A stretch of 64,000 bases of DNA, taken from contig CAWJJC010000023.1 in assembly GCA_963843145.1 (NCBI GenBank), positions 64,001 through 128,000 of the forward strand, in the 5' to 3' direction. The position numbers and the translations under genes were made by a program. How positions within the stretch are numbered: position 1 is the stretch's first letter; the number at the start of each line of letters is the position of its first letter. This stretch comes from an uncultured delta proteobacterium (GTDB taxonomy: Bacteria > Desulfobacterota > RBG-13-43-22). The notes below the pieces were generated by a model. The model was not told the origin of the DNA and did no database searches. It was given only the letters and a program-made list of their open reading frames with translations. Positions 57,997 through 64,000 of this stretch are shown here, piece after piece.

Positions 57997-59304
57997 TTAA
58001 CAAATGTCTCCTATCACCTGTTCCAGTATCTCCGAGGTAAACTCCATCCCGGTCCCGATGCCCGCCAGTTCCAGTAATTTTTCCTCACTCAGTTCCGGCG
58101 CCATTAGCGCAAAGATGGGGTGAATCCCGAAGATATACGCCAGGGCTTGCCGGCGCACCCACCAGCCCTCATCGGCCGGCACTCCGAAGTCGACGAAGAT
58201 CGGCTTCAGGGGCACCCCGGGACTGAAGGGGGTCGGTCCCACACCTTCCGGCGTTCCCTGCAGCCCCGGCAGCGACTTAAGAATGCCCTCCGCCTCTTTT
58301 TGACCGGACTTCAGGCTCAGTTCCGAAACGGCCGCCGGGTCGATTCCCGCTCGGGCACAGGCCTTCATTATCCGGCCGGAATCAAGGGCCGAAAGGCCCA
58401 TTTTCTGAAACCCGATCATCCCGTAAAGATCGGTTAATAAAAAGCCCGGCTCCCCCTTTTCCGGTTCCTCCAGCCTTCGAGGATCTTCATCCAGAAAAAG
58501 AAAAGTATTGGTAGCATAGGGCGTGTTGAAACAGGACTTGTGACGGTGAATGACCGGGACCAGCCACTCGGCCGTTGGGCCTTCCCCCAGGGCGGCCGCC
58601 ATTTCCGCGATCCCCTTTTTACCGGCCCAAGGGCCCTGCTTCACGTTGGTCAGCAGGTCCCGACATGCTTCGATGAACGCCTCGGGGTCGGCTAATTCCA
58701 GCAGACCCATGCCTCGGACGGCTATCCCCTTCAATTTTTTTTCTCCGAACCGGCCGCCGAAGCCCCATCGATCCCCGCTGCCCCAGTAATTGTTGATGAG
58801 CTGGCCCAGGGAAGACCCGGCTTCACCGGACGGCCCGATGGCCAATACCTGGATGAGGTCATCCCCTAACGTCTGGCGGATGCCATCCGTAACCGTCCAG
58901 GTATCCTGGCCCCACAATTCTTCGGCCGGTTGAATATCCAGGATACCGTCGTGGAGCCACAGATACACCGGCTTGGCCGAGGCCCCTTTGATGACCAGAT
59001 AATCAAAACCCGAAAACTTGAATTCCATACCCATATATAATGTCAAGGGGGCATGGGCGATTTTTCCGGTCAGGGGACTCTTGGCGGTTACCAACCCCAG
59101 GGCCGCCCCTGGAACCAGGGTCCCGGTCAACAACCCGGATCCAATTACGATAGGATCTTCCTTCTCAAAGCGCCGATATAATTGGGTGGTAATGCCGGCA
59201 CCGCCGATCTTTTCCTGAACCAGACTGTTTTCCAGTTCTTCTTCGATCACCTCGGCTTTTCCTAAATCTACGATGGCGATTTTATTCGCAGCTAAGTATT
59301 CCAT
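57997..59304 (-). CDS. Short aldehyde:ferredoxin oxidoreductase (AOR)-family homologue with degenerate cofactor motifs
   Basis: IGG.G, G.LTG, AKSPLTG, KFSGFD..VIKG....PVYL, LWG.D, AIGP.GE and K.LKGIAVRG; only 435 aa. Confidence 0.8.
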   Translation of the reverse strand: MEYLAANKIAIVDLGKAEVIEEELENSLVQEKIGGAGITTQLYRRFEKEDPIVIGSGLLTGTLVPGAALGLVTAKSPLTGKIAHAPLTLYMGMEFKFSGFDYLVIKGASAKPVYLWLHDGILDIQPAEELWGQDTWTVTDGIRQTLGDDLIQVLAIGPSGEAGSSLGQLINNYWGSGDRWGFGGRFGEKKLKGIAVRGMGLLELADPEAFIEACRDLLTNVKQGPWAGKKGIAEMAAALGEGPTAEWLVPVIHRHKSCFNTPYATNTFLFLDEDPRRLEEPEKGEPGFLLTDLYGMIGFQKMGLSALDSGRIMKACARAGIDPAAVSELSLKSGQKEAEGILKSLPGLQGTPEGVGPTPFSPGVPLKPIFVDFGVPADEGWWVRRQALAYIFGIHPIFALMAPELSEEKLLELAGIGTGMEFTSEILEQVIGDIC

Positions 59305-59316
59305 GGGATTTCTCCT

Positions 59317-59667
59317 TTAATCTAAATAAATGGCGTCCACCGGGCAGAACTGCAGGCACAAGGGACCCCCTTCGCGGTCCTGGCAGAGGTCGCAGGGTTC
59401 ACGAAGCAGCATGGGTTTGGCTGAGGCATCCCCCTTGGATTTTTCATCGACTTCACCGATTTTTTTAACCTCCAGCCCTTCCGGCCGGGCAATGACCAGG
59501 TTTTCCTCTTCTTTCAGAATGACCCCAAAATAATCTTTTTTTTCTTTGGTCCGGTAGGTGACGATGCAAGCCGAGAGCAAGGCAAAGGCATCGTCCCGAT
59601 GATACCCGCAGGCCATCTCGCAGGCCATGCAGGCCGTACATTTTAACGGATCGATTTTGACTCCCAT
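59317..59667 (-). CDS. 4Fe-4S ferredoxin-like subunit
   Basis: CTACMACEMAC and CDLC..P.C.QFCP. Confidence 0.85.
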   Translation of the reverse strand: MGVKIDPLKCTACMACEMACGYHRDDAFALLSACIVTYRTKEKKDYFGVILKEEENLVIARPEGLEVKKIGEVDEKSKGDASAKPMLLREPCDLCQDREGGPLCLQFCPVDAIYLD

Positions 59668-59788
59668 GTCAGGTCTCCTTTGACGGACTTTTTACCAGTC
59701 GATAAATTTATGGAACATTTATATAAAAGGTCTATTAAAAAAGTCAAACAAAAACAGTATAAAAAATATAATTATTATGATATTTCAC

Positions 59789-59818
59789 TTGACACCGCCG
59801 TTTTCCTTTGTCTAAGAT
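59789..59818 (+). promoter_or_regulatory. Putative sigma70 promoter of gntR
   Basis: TTGACA-N18-TAAGAT after an AT-rich tract. Confidence 0.5.
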
Positions 59819-59858
59819 AGCCGCGAAAGCCTACCCCAATAAATCAGGAAGGTTCCCT

Positions 59859-60749
59859 TTGTTCCAGGCAGCCAGCAAAAGCCATAAAATCTCTGATCAG
59901 ATTATAGATCAGTTCCGGGACGCCATCCTTTCCGGTCAATTGAAACCCGGCGAAAAAGTAGCCTCGGAAAAAGAGCTGACGCTCCAGTTCGGGGTCAGCA
60001 AAGCCACCCTCCGCGAGGCCCTTCGCGTCCTGGAGGCCATGGGCCTGATCGAAATCCGCAAAGGGACGGCCGGGGGGGCCTTTGTCGCCGGAGTCGACAT
60101 GCGGGCCACGTTAAACAGCCTAGTCAACTTCCTCCGCTTCGAAAAGATCTCCGTCAGGGAAATCACCATGTTCCGTTATCTGATCGAGCCCACGGTCGCC
60201 GGAATCGCCGCCACCGGGATCACGGATAAGGACATATTCAATCTGAGAAAAATCATCGGACGGACCGTCACCAAGGGTAAAAATGAGGTTTCCAAGGAAA
60301 TCGGATTTCATCGCTATCTGGCCCGCATGGTGGACAACACCCTACTGAATCTGATTATCGATTTTGTTGATAATATCCTGGGGACGTTCAAAACCGAATT
60401 GGAGCTCAAGGAAAATTTTTACCGGAGTGTCCGGACCTCCCATCGATATATATTGGAATGCATGATCCAGAAAGACCCCATCGCCGCTGCGGTCGCCATG
60501 GGCAACGACCTGATCGAGGTCGGCAACTATCTGGCTGAGGTCACTAAAACCGCGCCGTTCGACCCCCAGGAACTCCCCCAGTTCTGGTCCTCCGATCACT
60601 GGCACCTGCTCCTGAACCCGGGAGCCCGGGTGGTAGCCGAGGGAGATCCGCTGATGAAAAACCGGGGGGTTATTTTGAAGCGGGTGGGGGCCAGCCCGCT
60701 GTATCTGGCTTCCCAACCCCCGACCGGCCTAACCAAGGGTTCGTTATAG
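59859..60749 (+). CDS. GntR/FadR-family transcriptional regulator with C-terminal extension
   Basis: I.SGQLKPGEK..SE.EL..QFGVSK.TLREAL..LE..GL plus an FCD domain (R..IEP, FH..LA, N). TTG start after AGGAAGG. Confidence 0.9.
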   Translation: MFQAASKSHKISDQIIDQFRDAILSGQLKPGEKVASEKELTLQFGVSKATLREALRVLEAMGLIEIRKGTAGGAFVAGVDMRATLNSLVNFLRFEKISVREITMFRYLIEPTVAGIAATGITDKDIFNLRKIIGRTVTKGKNEVSKEIGFHRYLARMVDNTLLNLIIDFVDNILGTFKTELELKENFYRSVRTSHRYILECMIQKDPIAAAVAMGNDLIEVGNYLAEVTKTAPFDPQELPQFWSSDHWHLLLNPGARVVAEGDPLMKNRGVILKRVGASPLYLASQPPTGLTKGSL

Positions 60750-60846
60750 TTATTCATTTCCGCAACCCAAAAACGATAACAGCGGTTTTGGAAAGAGATT
60801 AAATAATGCCCAAAAAAACAAAGACCACCTACGGGGAGGATAAGAT

Positions 60847-62364
60847 ATGGCAGACAAACATTTAAAGTATTGTGTCAACAACGAGTGGAGGGAATCCAGC
60901 ACCGGCAAATGTATGCCGGTGACGAATTCCAGCACGGGAGAGATTATGGCGGAGGCCCCTTGCTGTACCGTTGACGAAGTGGAAAGCGCCGTGGCGGCGG
61001 CTAAAGCGGCCTTCCCGAAATGGTCGAGCAAGTCCGTGCAACAGCGAACCGAGTTAATGTTCCATTTCCGTCAGCTTCTGGAGGCCCATCTGGAGGAGTT
61101 GACTCTTTCGGTTTCCATGGAGCTAGGCAAAAACCTGGATGAAGCCCGCGGGGATATCCTTAAAAGCATCGAGGTGGTGGAGCTGGCCTGCGCCGCTCCC
61201 GTGCTCATGCAGGGCGACGCCCTGATGAACGTTTCCACCGGGCACGATACGGTCATGTACCGCGAGCCGATCGGCGTTTTTGCGGGTATCGTTCCCTTCA
61301 ACTTCCCGTCCATGATCCCCTTCGGCTGGATGATTCCCCTGTGTATCACCATGGGCAACACCTTTGTCCTCAAGGCGGCCAGTTTGACGCCTCAGACCGC
61401 GGTGAGGGTTTTGGAGCTGCTCATCCAAGCCGGAATGCCCCCCGGGGTGGTGAACCTGGTGACCTGCAGCCGCGATGAAGCGGGACTGCTTCTCAAGCAT
61501 CCAGACGTCCGGGGGATTTCTTACGTCGGGTCCACTGCGGTGGGCCGCCATATTTATGCCACGGCCGCCGCCCACGGCAAAAGAGTTCAAGCCCTTTGCG
61601 AGGCCAAAAACCACGCCCTGGTCATGCGCGATGCCGCGCTGGAGCGCTCCGCTTTAGGGATCATCAATTCGACCTTCGGCTGCGCCGGCATGCGCTGCAT
61701 GGCCTTGCCGGTCCTCTGCGTGGAAGAGGCCTGCGCCGACGAATTCCTGGGTTACCTGATCAAGTTCGCCAAGGAGCGCAAGGTCGGATGCGCCTACCAT
61801 CCTGATACGGAACTAGGACCGGTGGTCTCCGCGGAGCATAAGCAATCGGTTATCGACTGGATCAACAAGGGGGTCGCCGAGGGCGCAGAACTGGTTCTCG
61901 ACGGAAGGGACATCGTCGTCCCCGGGTTTGAAAACGGTCACTACCTCGGCCCCACCATTCTCGATCAGGTCAAACCGGGGATGCGCGTGGGCGATTCCGA
62001 GGTTTTCGGTCCGGTGACCTGTATCAAACGGGTCAAGGATTTCGAAGAAGGCCTGGCCATCATGAACGCCAACCCCTTTGCCAACGGTTCGGCCATCTTT
62101 ACTCAAAACGGCTATTACGCCAGGGAATTCACCCGGAGGACCGACGCCGGTATGGTCGGGGTCAATGTAGGCATTCCCGTGCCCATCTCTTACTTCCCCT
62201 TTTCCGGACACAAGCAGTCCTTTTTCGGCGACCTGCATGTCATGGGCCGAGACGGGGTGGCCTTTTACACAGAATCCAAATGTGTCACCTCCCGCTGGTT
62301 CGGCGAAGTAGAGAAAAAAGAGACCAAGATCAGCACCTGGGAGGGGACCATCGCCCGAAAATAG
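60847..62364 (+). CDS. mmsA: CoA-acylating (methyl)malonate-semialdehyde dehydrogenase
   Basis: PFNFP.MIP, SYVGST, GKRVQAL..AKNH, FGCAGMRCMA, EVFGP, GMVGVNVGIPVP and SFFGDLH. Confidence 0.92.
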   Translation: MADKHLKYCVNNEWRESSTGKCMPVTNSSTGEIMAEAPCCTVDEVESAVAAAKAAFPKWSSKSVQQRTELMFHFRQLLEAHLEELTLSVSMELGKNLDEARGDILKSIEVVELACAAPVLMQGDALMNVSTGHDTVMYREPIGVFAGIVPFNFPSMIPFGWMIPLCITMGNTFVLKAASLTPQTAVRVLELLIQAGMPPGVVNLVTCSRDEAGLLLKHPDVRGISYVGSTAVGRHIYATAAAHGKRVQALCEAKNHALVMRDAALERSALGIINSTFGCAGMRCMALPVLCVEEACADEFLGYLIKFAKERKVGCAYHPDTELGPVVSAEHKQSVIDWINKGVAEGAELVLDGRDIVVPGFENGHYLGPTILDQVKPGMRVGDSEVFGPVTCIKRVKDFEEGLAIMNANPFANGSAIFTQNGYYAREFTRRTDAGMVGVNVGIPVPISYFPFSGHKQSFFGDLHVMGRDGVAFYTESKCVTSRWFGEVEKKETKISTWEGTIARK

Positions 62365-62386
62365 TCCTTAAACAAAGGAGGATTTT

Positions 62387-63817
62387 ATGCATGTCACCAA
62401 CAAAGATGCCGTTTTAAATGAGTTAGCCTCTATCGTAGGCCCCAAGAATGCCACCGCCTCCAAGCATATCCGCTATGCCTACTCCTACGACATGTCCTTC
62501 GTGCAGCCCAAGCTTCCGGACTACGTGGTCATGGCCACCACCGTGGATCAGATCCAGGCCGTCCTGAAACTGGCCAACCGGGAGAAGATTCCGGTGGTGC
62601 CCTACACGGCCGGGACCAACATTGGGGGTCTGACTATCCCGGAACGGGGGGGGATCATCCTGGACCTGAAACGGATGAATAAGATCCTTAAAATCGACAC
62701 CGAATCCCATTATGCCGTTATCGAACCGGGGGTCTCCCATGCCCAGTTGGCTAGTGCCCTTTACAAACATAACCTGCGCTTTGGTTGGCCGGTGGGTCCC
62801 CCCTCGGCTTCGGTTTCTTCCTGCGCTATTAACCATGGTATTGGCGGCTTAAATGCCCGCTATGGCCTGAACAGCCAGGAAATAACCAGTATGGAAGTGG
62901 TCTTGCCCTCCGGAGAGCTGGTTCGCGTCGGGTCTTGCGCCATCAATCCCGAGGCCTGGCATAGTGTGTTGCCCATGCCCCAACTGGACGGCCTGTTTAA
63001 AGGCTGGCTGGGCACCACCGGAGTAGTGACCAAACTGGGCATCACGGTCCACCCCATCCCGCCGGTTCTGAAGGTCTTTACCGTCTCCTGCGAGAAGGTG
63101 GAAGACATGGTCTCCTACATGATGAATCTGAGCACCTATGAGATTTGTGACGACCTGACGGCCGTCTCCTGGTGGCTGGCTCAGGTGCCCATCCCCTATC
63201 CCTACAAACCCAAACCGGACACAGCCAGCGAATGGTTTTGTTTTGCCAACACCAATTCCTTTACCGAAAAGGAAAAGGAGGCCCGGGAAGAAATATGGCA
63301 GACGGTAGTCGAGGAGGAAAAGAAAAAAGGCACCTCCCTTCAGGTAACCCAATACCCGGAAGAGGCCCTGCGGGCCCGGACGCAGCTTCCCAGCCAGATC
63401 GTGGGCTCCACCAAAAACTACTGCAAACAGGGCGGTGCGGGGATTTCCTGGCCAGGCACCTTTACCCCAGCCAATAAATGGGCCCCGGTTTATACCGACT
63501 GGAAGAAAATCCTGATGGAACACAACCTGTCTCCCTCAGTTCGCATGAGCATGTACCGGGGTGTCCACTACGGTATGCTCCGGGCCATGATCCCCTTCAA
63601 CAAGAAAAACCCCCAGGAAACCGAAAACGCCCGGCAGGCGATAGTCGAGTGTCTCAAGGTCGACCTGGACCACGGCGGCATGCCCTATAAGCCGCCGGTG
63701 GATTTTGCCCGAGAGATCAACAAACGGGCCCATCCCGGGTATCTGATCTTGTTGAAAAAGGTGAAAAAGCTTCTGGACCCGAACGATATCATGAATCCGG
63801 GAAAATTAGGAATTTGA
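62387..63817 (+). CDS. FAD-binding oxidoreductase (VAO/GlcD superfamily)
   Basis: PDYVV, GTNIGG..IP..GGI.LDLKRMN.I, IEPGV, EVVLP.GE, GT.GVVT and DPN.IMNPGK. Confidence 0.9.
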   Translation: MHVTNKDAVLNELASIVGPKNATASKHIRYAYSYDMSFVQPKLPDYVVMATTVDQIQAVLKLANREKIPVVPYTAGTNIGGLTIPERGGIILDLKRMNKILKIDTESHYAVIEPGVSHAQLASALYKHNLRFGWPVGPPSASVSSCAINHGIGGLNARYGLNSQEITSMEVVLPSGELVRVGSCAINPEAWHSVLPMPQLDGLFKGWLGTTGVVTKLGITVHPIPPVLKVFTVSCEKVEDMVSYMMNLSTYEICDDLTAVSWWLAQVPIPYPYKPKPDTASEWFCFANTNSFTEKEKEAREEIWQTVVEEEKKKGTSLQVTQYPEEALRARTQLPSQIVGSTKNYCKQGGAGISWPGTFTPANKWAPVYTDWKKILMEHNLSPSVRMSMYRGVHYGMLRAMIPFNKKNPQETENARQAIVECLKVDLDHGGMPYKPPVDFAREINKRAHPGYLILLKKVKKLLDPNDIMNPGKLGI

Positions 63818-63819
63818 TC

Positions 63820-63854
63820 ACCCGCCGTCGGTGATCGGCTGACCGGCGGCGGGT
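63820..63854. other. Strong GC-rich intercistronic stem-loop
   Basis: ACCCGCCGTCGGT-GATCGGCTG-ACCGGCGGCGGGT, with no U-tract. Confidence 0.55.
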
Positions 63855-63946
63855 CCTGGCCGGTAATCCGGCACCGCCCCCAGCCTGTCTTTTATCAGCC
63901 CAAGGCCTTTGAGGAATCGCTACGGGCCATGAGGGAGGAACGATTG

Positions 63947-64000
63947 ATGAAATGGAATATTCCCACGCTGGAGGAACTGGAAGACGATATCTGGCAATGC
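63947..64000 (+). CDS. 5' end of the next gene, probably an (Fe-S)-binding partner of the FAD oxidoreductase
   Basis: GGAGG RBS, then MKWNIPTLEELEDDIWQC, cut off by the window end. Confidence 0.5.
   Translation, partial: MKWNIPTLEELEDDIWQC

Overview
A GC-rich chromosomal window from an obligately anaerobic bacterium, most likely Desulfobacterota (inferred from gene content). No rRNA, tRNA, CRISPR array, integrase or transposase was recognised. Contents in order: (1) yedF, a Na/Pi transporter and an acyl-CoA transferase-GNAT fusion; (2) acyl-CoA catabolism genes (GlcD-like oxidase, CoA-transferase alpha, thiolase, ACAD, non-decarboxylating glutaryl-CoA dehydrogenase, glutaconyl-CoA decarboxylase alpha); (3) three secreted proteins, two of them tandem papain-family proteases with a built-in chagasin-like inhibitor domain; (4) a hybrid kinase, SDR/thiolase/DUF35 genes, FabH, a Liv-type ABC transporter and a two-component pair; (5) a NitT/TauT ABC transporter followed by a NitD-NitE-like radical SAM-GNAT fusion; (6) a five-gene candidate defence operon at 39.7-49.5 kb (Swt1-HEPN-SNF2 helicase, sacsin-like GHKL ATPase with a degenerate HNH, darT, darG, conserved hypothetical), which is the best candidate for an undescribed system; (7) vapBC; (8) a 13-haem cytochrome c / cytochrome b / NarI / HdrD-like membrane redox cluster preceded by a BPL-N amidotransferase-like gene, a cofactor-degenerate AOR homologue and a ferredoxin, divergent from gntR-mmsA-FAD oxidoreductase. 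Several genes carry frameshifts, some in homopolymer runs, which points to long-read consensus errors rather than true pseudogenes. All family assignments come from motif recognition by eye, with no database searches.
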